Shown here one piece after another: positions 16,864-26,126 of a DNA stretch of 64,000 bases. The DNA is from a virus (lineage: Duplodnaviria; Heunggongvirae; Uroviricota; Caudoviricetes): positions 73,359 to 137,358 of the IMG/VR virus record IMGVR_UViG_3300040801_001158; one strand, 5' to 3'. Made by a program: the position numbers and the translations under genes. The number at the start of each line of letters is the position of its first letter. Positions within the stretch are counted from its first letter, which is position 1. A model generated the notes under the pieces. The model searched no databases and was not told the DNA's origin. It saw only the letters and a program-made list of their open reading frames with translations.

Positions 16864-16949
16864 TGTTATCATTCAAAACGAGATTCGCTAAAGACATTAC
16901 GAAAGGTAAAATGTTCCTAACATATTAGTCAGATAAGGTAAAATGGTAA

Positions 16950-17285
16950 ATGAATAGTTTTAAACAGTATTTAGAAGAAAACATGAGAGAAAGAGATCGA
17001 ATTATAAGTGTCGTAGCTGATAAGCTTAATATATCTACTGACGCTGCTCATGAATTTATTATTGGTGGTGGAAGTGATAAAGATTACAATATAGCAATGA
17101 AAGCTGCTAAGAAAATGGGATACGATCATGATTTTGGAATGGATTATTACGACAAGTTTTGGAAAAAAGTATTTTCTCAGCAAGATTTTAAATTAGCAAA
17201 ACAAGTTGGTGCCGGTGATTTTGAAACGAGTGGTCAAGCTCGAGACCCAAAAACTGGTAAAAAGTTGCCGTTTAAATTTAAGTAA
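16950..17285 (+). CDS. hypothetical protein (111 aa)
   Basis: ORF. Confidence 0.45.
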   Translation: MNSFKQYLEENMRERDRIISVVADKLNISTDAAHEFIIGGGSDKDYNIAMKAAKKMGYDHDFGMDYYDKFWKKVFSQQDFKLAKQVGAGDFETSGQARDPKTGKKLPFKFK

Positions 17286-17435
17286 GTAAAGGATATATCA
17301 TGTATTATTTTAAGCACGGTGACTATATGACAACTTAGAGTACATGCACGTTGTATCGCATTGGTTATCCAGAAGAAAAGGTTGAGCCTATTAAGAAAGC
17401 TCAACCTGTTGGTTATGAAGATACGTTTCCTTCTC

Positions 17436-17466
17436 AAAAAAAACAAGTCCAGGACTTGTTTTTTTT
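17436..17466 (+). terminator. rho-independent terminator
   Basis: aaacaagtcc-agg-acttgttt followed by tttttttt. Confidence 0.55.
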
Positions 17467-17744
17467 CACTCCAAAATCCCTTCCATATAATAAAGAGTTC
17501 TAAACAAATCTATATACATTATCATTAGTTTTTGATACAATAGTCTTTTAACAAAGGATAATAAATGAAAAAGAAACCTATTAAGAAAAGGTTACAAAAA
17601 CGGTTACAAAAACAAAGAAGACAGTTTATTATGTACACCAATCAACATAAAGTGATTCTAAAGGACTTTTATAAAACTAATACAGTTGACAACTAATAAA
17701 CAATTTAAGAGCTTTAAATGCACTAAAATAAATGAAAATATCTA

Positions 17745-17772
17745 TTGACATTTATTCTGGCTGTGATATAAT
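17745..17772 (+). promoter_or_regulatory. early promoter
   Basis: ttgacatttattctggctgtgatataat. Confidence 0.5.
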
Positions 17773-17806
17773 AGACTTATCGTCAATAATATTAGGAAAC
17801 ATTATT

Positions 17807-18742
17807 ATGAGTAATACGGATAATAAAATCATATTTGATGGAATATTTGGATCCAAATTATACGGGACAGAAAATGAAAATAGCGATACTGATTATAAAG
17901 GCGTATTTATGCCTTCAGTCTATAATACGGTATTAGGTAATTTTAGCGATTCAATTGAAACTCAAGACGTGTATGTTGATAAGTCCATGTATGCGATTAG
18001 TAAATTCATTCGCATGTTGGAAAAGGCAGATACGGTAAGTATCGACATGTTACATACACCAGCTGACTATATCCTTAAAACTTCACCTTTATGGGAAGAA
18101 TTGTACGGAATGAGAAAACTGGTTTATTCTAAAAACATGAGAGGTATTGTCGGTTATATCAAAACGCAATCATCTAAGTATGGTCACAAAGTCCAACGTC
18201 TTCAAGAGATGAAAGAATTTTTAAACCATCTTGATATGTACAAAAGTTATAATACAGTTCAAGATCTGGCATTAACCTTTGATTTTTCTAAATACAAGTT
18301 TATCTCATATACACCAACTAAGGTTGAGAGTGGCAGAAACATTATTGGAAACATTGATGTCTGTGGTTCTCGTTATCAGAATAGTTCGGGAATTGAGTAT
18401 ATGAAATTTGGTATTGAATCTAAAGTGAATAGATACGGTAAACGGTCTGAGAAAGGTAGTGTTGAAGGTGGTGATTGGAAATCTCTATCTCATGCATATC
18501 GAGTTTTATTACAATTAGATGAGATTATCAATACACGTGATCTTCGGTTCCCATTGAAAAGAGCCGATGAAATTAGAAGAATTAAAAATGGTGAACTTGA
18601 GCAAGATGTTGTAATGTTCATGATAGATCAAATGTATAAGTCTGTTATGAATGATTTATACAATAGTGACTTGCCGGATGAATCAGATTTGCAACCAATG
18701 AAAGATGCTGTAGTTAAACATTTTATTAAATTGGTAAATTAA
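17807..18742 (+). CDS. minimal (Pol-beta superfamily) nucleotidyltransferase-domain protein (311 aa)
   Basis: N-terminal GIFGSKLYGTENENSDTDYKGVF matches GS-x(9-13)-D-x-D. The remaining ~280 aa are unrecognised. Confidence 0.5.
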   Translation: MSNTDNKIIFDGIFGSKLYGTENENSDTDYKGVFMPSVYNTVLGNFSDSIETQDVYVDKSMYAISKFIRMLEKADTVSIDMLHTPADYILKTSPLWEELYGMRKLVYSKNMRGIVGYIKTQSSKYGHKVQRLQEMKEFLNHLDMYKSYNTVQDLALTFDFSKYKFISYTPTKVESGRNIIGNIDVCGSRYQNSSGIEYMKFGIESKVNRYGKRSEKGSVEGGDWKSLSHAYRVLLQLDEIINTRDLRFPLKRADEIRRIKNGELEQDVVMFMIDQMYKSVMNDLYNSDLPDESDLQPMKDAVVKHFIKLVN

Positions 18743-18745
18743 CGT

Positions 18746-19081
18746 ATGAAACAATTAGACTTATTTAATGACACTGATTCTAATTTAACTATTGAAGATG
18801 ACGATATACTACATATTTGGTATACATCTCGCCATGATGACGAATACCCTGATCTTATATGTGATATCTATAGTGTTGATGGTTACGGTGAAATTGGTTT
18901 CTATGTACAAAATGGATGTTGGGACGGTACACTTTATATGTACGCACGTAGGATACAGGTACACGCAACCCAGAAAGTTATAAAGGTACATAAGTATGAA
19001 ATTGTTAAAAGTAAACTAAAGGCTGGTCAAAAAGAAAAATCTAAGATAGATGATTTTTTCGATGACGACATTCCATTTTAA
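18746..19081 (+). CDS. hypothetical protein (111 aa)
   Basis: ORF. Confidence 0.45.
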   Translation: MKQLDLFNDTDSNLTIEDDDILHIWYTSRHDDEYPDLICDIYSVDGYGEIGFYVQNGCWDGTLYMYARRIQVHATQKVIKVHKYEIVKSKLKAGQKEKSKIDDFFDDDIPF

Positions 19082-19087
19082 AAACTA

Positions 19088-19116
19088 TTGACATTCCATT
19101 ATGATTGGATTATAAT
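19088..19116 (+). promoter_or_regulatory. early promoter-leader cassette
   Basis: ttgacattccattatgattggattataatagatctataaattgaaaaaggaaatatatcATG. Confidence 0.55.
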
Positions 19117-19146
19117 AGATCTATAAATTGAAAAAGGAAATATATC

Positions 19147-19635
19147 ATGGCTTATATAAGTAAAGAAGATAAAAAGAATTTAACTCCTGCTATTAAAGCG
19201 GTCCTTAAAAAATATAATATGAAAGGAACAATTTCGGTTCGTCATATGTCTTCACTTGTTGTTAAAATATCGAAAGGCGAACTGGATATTATAGGCGCGT
19301 CTAGTCGTCGTGTCTTAAAAGATACACGGTATGACCGTTATGATAAGTATGATGTAAAAAAGATCAACCACTTATTGAGCCGTACATACATTGATGTTAA
19401 CACATATTGGATTGATGAAAGCTATGACGATCCTAAAGTTGTTGCATTTCTTAATGAGCTTAAAGAAGCGATGGAAGGTCCTGAATTTTTCAACCACGAC
19501 GACATTATGACAGATTATGCTCATCGTTCGCACTATGTTGATATTCTTGTTGGAACTTTCAATAAACCTTATGAATGTACTGGTGAAGCTGAAACGTTTG
19601 AGCCAGTTGAAGTTAAAGTTTATGAGGCCGCTTAA
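19147..19635 (+). CDS. hypothetical protein (162 aa)
   Basis: ORF. Confidence 0.45.
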   Translation: MAYISKEDKKNLTPAIKAVLKKYNMKGTISVRHMSSLVVKISKGELDIIGASSRRVLKDTRYDRYDKYDVKKINHLLSRTYIDVNTYWIDESYDDPKVVAFLNELKEAMEGPEFFNHDDIMTDYAHRSHYVDILVGTFNKPYECTGEAETFEPVEVKVYEAA

Positions 19636-19958
19636 TGGAAGATCTTAACGTAGTAATTGATTTTACTATGGTGACATACCAAGAAGTAGAGTCTTGTTCT
19701 GAATGTAATGGCACTGGAATATACATAACTGAAAAAATGACATGCTATCATAACAATGACTGGGAGTCTATTCATGTTCAGTGTAATAAGTGTGACGGGA
19801 CAGGTAGATATATTATCGAAAAGACAGAGAAAAAAACTAAAATTAGATTTAATGATAACTATTCAGGTACATCTGAAAAGATCATACAAATAACTAACGA
19901 TACTGATTTAATGAATTTAAAGTTTGAGCGAGAAACGTTTACTAGAAGTTTCAAATAA
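19635..19958 (+). CDS. zinc-finger protein with a two-fold CxxCxGxG repeat (107 aa)
   Basis: CSECNGTGIYITE...CNKCDGTGRYIIE. Confidence 0.45.
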   Translation: MEDLNVVIDFTMVTYQEVESCSECNGTGIYITEKMTCYHNNDWESIHVQCNKCDGTGRYIIEKTEKKTKIRFNDNYSGTSEKIIQITNDTDLMNLKFERETFTRSFK

Positions 19959-20139
19959 TTAGTGTAATAGCAAGAACACTCCAATGTTCTTATAACGCAT
20001 TGCTATTAATAAAGGACATAACTTTCATTGGTTTTTAATACAGGTTCATTCACAAATAGAGATTTCAGACTAATGATATTACTTCTAAAATGAGTAAAAT
20101 TACGATGAAATTTTACCACATAAAACAAGAGTATATACT

Positions 20140-20472
20140 ATGGGAAAAAAGAAAAAATTGAAAATAGCTTTAGACTTTGATGAAACATACACCGAAGATC
20201 GGTTGCTTTGGGATTACTTTGTAGAATCTTGTCAAAAAAGAAATCATACTGTTACTTTTGTGACTTATAGGGATTCTAGATTCGACAACACCGATATTGA
20301 AGTTGCTGCAGAAAAACTCGGAATACAAATAGTGTTCACAGCAGGAAAACAAAAGAAGCATTGTTTTGATGCTAATATTTGGATTGACGACAGCCCAGAA
20401 ACGATAGTTGATTTTAAAACACTCGGTAATATGTATGATGGTTGTCTTATAAATGGTGATTGTAATGAATGA
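20140..20472 (+). CDS. hypothetical protein (110 aa)
   Basis: ORF. Confidence 0.45.
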   Translation: MGKKKKLKIALDFDETYTEDRLLWDYFVESCQKRNHTVTFVTYRDSRFDNTDIEVAAEKLGIQIVFTAGKQKKHCFDANIWIDDSPETIVDFKTLGNMYDGCLINGDCNE

Positions 20473-20642
20473 GTATGAAATTGATTTAGTTAAACGTAAA
20501 GGTCCAACTACATACAGAGTTGAAGTAAAGGTTAGATCTTACAATGAAGAAGATGCCCAGGAATATGCAAAAGATTGTTTAAATGTAAACGGCTGGAAAG
20601 TTGAATGCGTATGTCGTGTTGATAATTGCTAGGAATTATATT

Positions 20643-20915
20643 ATGAAAACATTTACTGAGCAAGAAATTATTAACAGAGCTCCTCCTATCCCTTGGACTT
20701 ATTATGAGACTGATAGGAATAACTACTGGATATATGTCGATACGAATACTTATGTCAGAATGAATAAAGCTGGTGAGTTGACCGATAAGTTTAGACCTAC
20801 TAAGCGCCTTCGTTTAAGGTCTGATATTGAAAAGATTGCTGAGATGTCGGCAGGTGTTGAAAGCTTACAACGTTCAGTAGAAAATTTATTATATGCAAAC
20901 ACGAAGGTAACGTAA
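20643..20915 (+). CDS. hypothetical protein (90 aa)
   Basis: taggaattatattATG. Confidence 0.4.
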   Translation: MKTFTEQEIINRAPPIPWTYYETDRNNYWIYVDTNTYVRMNKAGELTDKFRPTKRLRLRSDIEKIAEMSAGVESLQRSVENLLYANTKVT

Positions 20916-21063
20916 ATGAATTATAAACGCCAATTACTCCGCCTAAAAGAACGAGCCAAGGCAATGTCTTTTAAACATGCTGGCAGAGAAAGACTTTATA
21001 CTTATCATGGAGGTTTTGACCTTGGTTATCTACAGGGTCAGATATCTATATTAGAAGAAATCG

Positions 21064-21246
21064 TTGATGATATGGATGAAACATATGGATGAAACAACAA
21101 TGACAACTGAACAAATGTATTCAGAACAGTTACATCAAGCGATGAATTTGATAGAAACACAGGCTAATCAGATTGCTGCACTTCAGCAAAAAGTTGCAAG
21201 ATTGGAAGGTGACTTAGCAGACTTCAGAGGTTTTGAATATGAGTAA
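21064..21246 (+). CDS. hypothetical coiled-coil protein
   Basis: ORF; start ambiguous. Confidence 0.35.
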   Translation: MMIWMKHMDETTMTTEQMYSEQLHQAMNLIETQANQIAALQQKVARLEGDLADFRGFEYE

Positions 21247-21589
21247 ATTGTATAGGCAAGTTGAATTGACTGACGAAGAGCATGATGATTTTGTTTTTCC
21301 TCATCAAATGGCAATGACCGGTGAGAAGCTTCATAGTAAAGCTGAAATAGCTACTGAACTCGGCGTGCGCGATAAGCGCATTGCAGAGCTTGAGGATAAA
21401 TGGGTAAGCGGTGATGAAATACCAGATAAGCCCAAACAATATTACTTGGTGGCTATAAGAAGCCCCAATAAGTTTGGGTTAATCTATGAAGTAGCTTATC
21501 TAGGGGCTAAATTTGAATGGTATAAAAATCGTAATGGGGATATAGAATTGTGGATGCCAATACCTAAAGTTAGAAGTGGTGACGTATGA
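21233..21589 (+). CDS. hypothetical protein (118 aa)
   Basis: ORF. Confidence 0.45.
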   Translation: MNMSKLYRQVELTDEEHDDFVFPHQMAMTGEKLHSKAEIATELGVRDKRIAELEDKWVSGDEIPDKPKQYYLVAIRSPNKFGLIYEVAYLGAKFEWYKNRNGDIELWMPIPKVRSGDV

Positions 21590-21620
21590 ACAAAATTTAT
21601 AGAACAGGAGAATACAAACA

Positions 21621-21833
21621 ATGATGATAGAAGATAATCATCTCGCGATTTTAATTTTAGTTGCTGCTTATCTATTTGTTTTGCCTCTATTTGTAATGGA
21701 TAGCAGCGCAAAATTTACAAAAGAATATTTTAGTTGTGTAGCTTGGTTTGGTTTAATTGCTGTAATATTGGCAGGTGTTACAGTAGTAGTGTTTGCAATA
21801 TTCTGGGCAATAGGAATCTTATTAGGAGTATAA
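21621..21833 (+). CDS. small membrane protein (70 aa)
   Basis: Two hydrophobic segments. Confidence 0.4.
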   Translation: MMIEDNHLAILILVAAYLFVLPLFVMDSSAKFTKEYFSCVAWFGLIAVILAGVTVVVFAIFWAIGILLGV

Positions 21834-22505
21834 ATGAAATTTAAGTTTGGAAAATACCGTGACCCTTTATGGTGCACACTACATGATACTTATATGGCTA
21901 AAAAATATGGTAGCCGTTTTTATGCAATAACTGAATCTGATTTTACACCAACCAAGTTTGATAATTTTGTTGAGAAACTTGAAGATATGATTCAGACATA
22001 TGTTTATCAGCCACTTAATTGGCTTTATTTTAATCAGATTGAACAAAAAATCTCAGTTAAGATGGAGCCACATGATACTTATTCTGCGGACACTATGCTT
22101 GCTCATGTTATCCTTCCAACTTTAATCCAGTTAAAATGTAAAAAACAAGGAAGTCCATTTGTTGACGATGAAGATGTTCCTGAAGAAATTCGTAGCACTG
22201 CTGACACGTCTGAAAGAGAAGAATATGATACCGATAAGTTTTTTCATGAAAGATGGGAATATGTTATTAACGAAATGATATTTGCTTTTAATACAAAGGC
22301 TGGTGATAATGTTGATTGGGAAGATGAATTTATATCCGGTGAACATGACATCATCTGGGTAGACACTGAAAATGGTATGAAACAAATGACTCACGGTCCT
22401 AATAACACGTATAAATATGATAAAGAAGCAGCAGATGTTGTTGCAAATAGAATTCAGAATGGATTCCGACTATTCGGAAAATACTACCAGAACTTATGGA
22501 GTTAA
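21834..22505 (+). CDS. hypothetical protein (223 aa)
   Basis: ORF. Confidence 0.5.
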   Translation: MKFKFGKYRDPLWCTLHDTYMAKKYGSRFYAITESDFTPTKFDNFVEKLEDMIQTYVYQPLNWLYFNQIEQKISVKMEPHDTYSADTMLAHVILPTLIQLKCKKQGSPFVDDEDVPEEIRSTADTSEREEYDTDKFFHERWEYVINEMIFAFNTKAGDNVDWEDEFISGEHDIIWVDTENGMKQMTHGPNNTYKYDKEAADVVANRIQNGFRLFGKYYQNLWS

Positions 22506-22704
22506 TGAGTGAGAACTTCTGAAAAGAAAGAAATATTTCTAAGTTTATTCCATACTAATTCATATGGTGCTACAGGCGAATGATATTAGCTTTAATAATC
22601 ATGTTGGCTATATCTGGTATTTTATTAACAGCCACTTTTACAGTTTTGATAACACCATACTATACCGGTATTTTAGAAAAGATTTTTGGAGAGTGGTTGC
22701 ACAA

Positions 22705-22938
22705 ATGAATTTGATTGAAAAAGTCGTAAGGTCTGCAATAAATAACTACGGACTGAATTTTGAAATGGCAGAAAAAGATATGTTACACGCAATATCAAGA
22801 GTGATATATAGTCATTATATCAGAGGCAAATTGTCAATATTTGAAGCAAAGAAATCTACAGAATTGATAATGACTGATAAATTATTCTTGGACAGCGTGA
22901 TGACAGAAATTGAATATCGTAAACAGGGTCTAAGATGA
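22705..22938 (+). CDS. hypothetical protein (77 aa)
   Basis: ggagagtggttgcacaaATG. Confidence 0.4.
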   Translation: MNLIEKVVRSAINNYGLNFEMAEKDMLHAISRVIYSHYIRGKLSIFEAKKSTELIMTDKLFLDSVMTEIEYRKQGLR

Positions 22939-23074
22939 AAGTTAAGAAGCAACTAAAAGCAAGAAATCTTTATATAAATAAGAAAAAACAAAGACAAATG
23001 ATTAAGACTGGTATGGCATTTACGATAATGTTATTGCTTACTATAGTATTGGTAAATATACTTTAAAACAAGTG

Positions 23075-23103
23075 TTGACATATTCTTCAGTTTATATTAT
23101 AAT
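23075..23103 (+). promoter_or_regulatory. early promoter-leader cassette
   Basis: ttgacatattcttcagtttatattataatagtctcataaattaataaggaataaattATG. Confidence 0.55.
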
Positions 23104-23131
23104 AGTCTCATAAATTAATAAGGAATAAATT

Positions 23132-23323
23132 ATGCGATCATATGTTACTCGTGGAAAACCAACATCTGGTGTTAAGAAAAGTCTTCAGGGATGGGAATCT
23201 AAAGTTGGTCCTGATGGTTATATGAGCCTTCAAGACTATAATCGTAATCCAAATGGTCCGACATTGGCCGAGCTTAAGATCTTATATCCCGCGCTGAAGC
23301 GGAGATTTCAATATGTCCTTTAA
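23132..23323 (+). CDS. hypothetical protein (63 aa)
   Basis: ORF. Confidence 0.45.
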   Translation: MRSYVTRGKPTSGVKKSLQGWESKVGPDGYMSLQDYNRNPNGPTLAELKILYPALKRRFQYVL

Positions 23324-23522
23324 TGATAGGAATATTCCAACCGTAATTGATAAACTGTCCGAAGAAATCACTGCGTTATTAGATTATAACGATCACAATA
23401 GTCCAACAAGAGTGGCTCGTGAACATATGTTCGAACACATAAATGCAATGCTTGCCGTAATGGATTATTATGGTGGACCCACTAACGAACTAAAAGAGAG
23501 ATTAAAATATGCAAGAAGATAA
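23313..23522 (+). CDS. hypothetical protein (69 aa)
   Basis: ORF. Confidence 0.45.
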   Translation: MSFNDRNIPTVIDKLSEEITALLDYNDHNSPTRVAREHMFEHINAMLAVMDYYGGPTNELKERLKYARR

Positions 23523-23871
23523 GCGTAAAGTTTTAGATAGCAACGAAGAGTTATCTGAGGATGTCGAAGAGCTGAAAGAAGTTCTGCATGATGAAAAGAA
23601 AAAACCAAACTTGCTAACTGAAGTCAACTAAACATATAAGGAAATTATATGAATAAGTTTGAGTTTCATACATATCTTGATAAAATGACAACTATTTACG
23701 ATATAACTGTTGAGTATGGAGAAGACTTTGCTGAAGCAAGATCTCCATATTTAGAAGGTGTTGTCGAATATGGCACTGATATATCAAGCAATATGTGCAA
23801 TATGTTCAAGTATTGAAGTCACTGAAGAAATTCTTAATCGAAGATTATACGATAAACCGAGAAAATAATTG

Positions 23872-23900
23872 TTGACATTTGGTTCCTAGTATGATATAAT
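23872..23900 (+). promoter_or_regulatory. early promoter-leader cassette
   Basis: ttgacatttggttcctagtatgatataat. Confidence 0.55.
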
Positions 23901-23932
23901 AGATACATAAAATGAGGAAAGGAAATTATATT

Positions 23933-24190
23933 ATGAACAAGTGTACAGACTGCACGTTCCATCACACCAACTCATCATATGACGGAGATAAAAAGTCTCA
24001 TTGTTATATGTTCAAAAACCGCGATTCTAATGATGCCTCTCATTGTTATATGTTCAAAAACCGCGATTCTAATGATGCCGGTGGTCAATTCAAATCAGTT
24101 AAAAATCCAGAATTGAAATGCACAAATGGAACATCTTTTGGTGTTCCGATTGGATTTGTGATGTCTGGTAAAGGTAGGAGTGTATTATGA
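23933..24190 (+). CDS. hypothetical Cys/His-rich protein (85 aa) containing a perfect in-frame 42-bp tandem duplication
   Basis: HCYMFKNRDSNDAS/HCYMFKNRDSNDAG encoded by a duplicated 42-mer. Confidence 0.45.
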   Translation: MNKCTDCTFHHTNSSYDGDKKSHCYMFKNRDSNDASHCYMFKNRDSNDAGGQFKSVKNPELKCTNGTSFGVPIGFVMSGKGRSVL

Positions 24191-24372
24191 AAACGCTTTA
24201 CAGGGCGAATTGGCATTTTAAACCAAAAAAGAATAAGCTTACTAAATCCATAAGTTCGGTTATAATGGCAAATAGTGTTGCCCATGCTAGACTTAAGATG
24301 AAAGAAGAAGTAAGTCTTATTCAAAATTGCAACACTGCAGACGTAGTCGTTACTAAGGTAGCTTACGAATAA
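24187..24372 (+). CDS. hypothetical protein (61 aa)
   Basis: ORF. Confidence 0.4.
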   Translation: MKTLYRANWHFKPKKNKLTKSISSVIMANSVAHARLKMKEEVSLIQNCNTADVVVTKVAYE

Positions 24373-24381
24373 GGATTTATT

Positions 24382-24612
24382 ATGAAAAATAGTTTCGTCT
24401 ATTTTATTGGTGGTTCGTGGGATGGTGTTCGCAAGACGGTTGAAAGACAACCACACAGACAAATGTATGTTCTTAAATTGATTGATTTTGATTTAGTTTC
24501 TTTAAGCGATAAAGATTCAATGGTCCGCGAAGAGTATGAGATAATGGCTAAAGATTATTTTGAACCAAGTGGTGGCGAAATTTTTGTCTATAAGTATATT
24601 AGAGATTGTTAA
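24382..24612 (+). CDS. hypothetical protein (76 aa)
   Basis: ORF. Confidence 0.4.
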   Translation: MKNSFVYFIGGSWDGVRKTVERQPHRQMYVLKLIDFDLVSLSDKDSMVREEYEIMAKDYFEPSGGEIFVYKYIRDC

Positions 24613-24752
24613 TATGAGCAAGCGTGATTACAGAGAAAGAAACTTTTTGATTGCTTATGGATTTTGGCAGGAAGATGTCGATTATTGGAAAAAGATAGAA
24701 CCAGTAATGTACAATCATTACGTAAATTTTTAAAAATAATTTAAAATAAGTG

Positions 24753-24781
24753 TTGACATTTCCTTCTAAGTATGTTATAAT
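24753..24781 (+). promoter_or_regulatory. early promoter-leader cassette
   Basis: ttgacatttccttctaagtatgttataatagactcataaaataaaggaaggaaataaattATG. Confidence 0.55.
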
Positions 24782-24812
24782 AGACTCATAAAATAAAGGA
24801 AGGAAATAAATT

Positions 24813-25109
24813 ATGAATCTTACACCAAACCAAGAAAAAACTTTAAACAAAATTGTTAAAACTTTAGAAACTTGTTCTTTTGCAAAAAGAACTGGTAAAG
24901 TTTTCCTTGGAATGAAATTTAAAAATTCTTGGAATTCAACTTGGTATAAAGAAAGTGATTTTGATTTTAGAGCTACAAATGCTCTTGAGAAAAAAGGTCT
25001 TATCACATTAGTACAAGATTATGATAGAGAAACTGGTGTATTTAATCCGCAAGCTAAAAGCTGGGGTTATTCTTCAATGACAATATCTTATTACGCGATT
25101 TTAAATTAG
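24813..25109 (+). CDS. hypothetical protein (98 aa)
   Basis: ORF. Confidence 0.45.
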   Translation: MNLTPNQEKTLNKIVKTLETCSFAKRTGKVFLGMKFKNSWNSTWYKESDFDFRATNALEKKGLITLVQDYDRETGVFNPQAKSWGYSSMTISYYAILN

Positions 25110-25285
25110 GAACTATATTATGAAATATTTCATCATACAATCTGCTAAAAACCCTCGTGGTATCTGGGTCATCGAAGACGACGTCGATGAGATTATGGAG
25201 CACTACTTCGCTGGTCACAAACGAGTGACTAAAACTGAAATCAGCGAGGAAGAATACTACGCTCGCATCAACGAGGTATTATAAT

Positions 25286-26116
25286 ATGATACAATTAATC
25301 ATCGACAACACAGAAGTAAAAATAAAATGGATTAGTTTTTCTGATGGCGCATTCTCATGTAAGCTAATTGACTTACCCAAAAATCCAAAAGATATGTCAA
25401 TTTCAGTAAGTACAAGAACTCCAGTTTTTGACATTCGAGAAGAAGTTGACATTGTAATGTCTGCATTAAATGAGCATTATCATGGCACAACAGCACATGT
25501 TACTTTAATGCTACCATACTTACCACACGCAAGAGCTGACCGAGTATTCGAAGAAGGCAATCCACATGTACTTGCAGTATTTATGAATTGGTTATCGTTA
25601 TATGACTTTGATAAAATCTATATGGAAGATGTTCATAATCCAGATTTTATTCGCCACAATTATCCTAACTTGCCAATCGAAATGGTTGAACAACATCAAC
25701 TTGCTATCAATTATACAAAGCGAGAAAAGCCAGACTATATCCTTGCTCCTGATAAAGGAGCATTTAAAAAGGCTCAAGCTCTTGCAAGTTTGATTGATGT
25801 CCCACTTATTACAGCAACTAAAGTTCGTGATATTAGTACAGGACAAATCTTAAGTGTTGACCTTGACTATACACCAACAAAAAATTCACGGATATTCATT
25901 GTCGATGATATCCTAGATGGTGGTGGTACATTCATACCACTAGCAAAAACCCTGAAAGAAAAATACAATTGTCATGTGGCCCTATATGTAACTCATTTAA
26001 TTGCAGCTAAAGGATTGGATATTCTGGAAGGTATTGATAAACTTTACTATACTAATATCATAAGACAATATGTAAGTAGAGAAGACGTAATTAATTTTAA
26101 CCAAATAGTTAAATAA
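25286..26116 (+). CDS. prs: ribose-phosphate pyrophosphokinase (PRPP synthetase)-like protein (276 aa)
   Basis: LMLPYLPHARADR resembles the Prs motif PYfgYARQDR. IVDDILDGGGT matches the PRPP-binding loop DDMIDTGGT. Confidence 0.6.
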   Translation: MIQLIIDNTEVKIKWISFSDGAFSCKLIDLPKNPKDMSISVSTRTPVFDIREEVDIVMSALNEHYHGTTAHVTLMLPYLPHARADRVFEEGNPHVLAVFMNWLSLYDFDKIYMEDVHNPDFIRHNYPNLPIEMVEQHQLAINYTKREKPDYILAPDKGAFKKAQALASLIDVPLITATKVRDISTGQILSVDLDYTPTKNSRIFIVDDILDGGGTFIPLAKTLKEKYNCHVALYVTHLIAAKGLDILEGIDKLYYTNIIRQYVSREDVINFNQIVK

Positions 26117-26126
26117 GGACTATATC

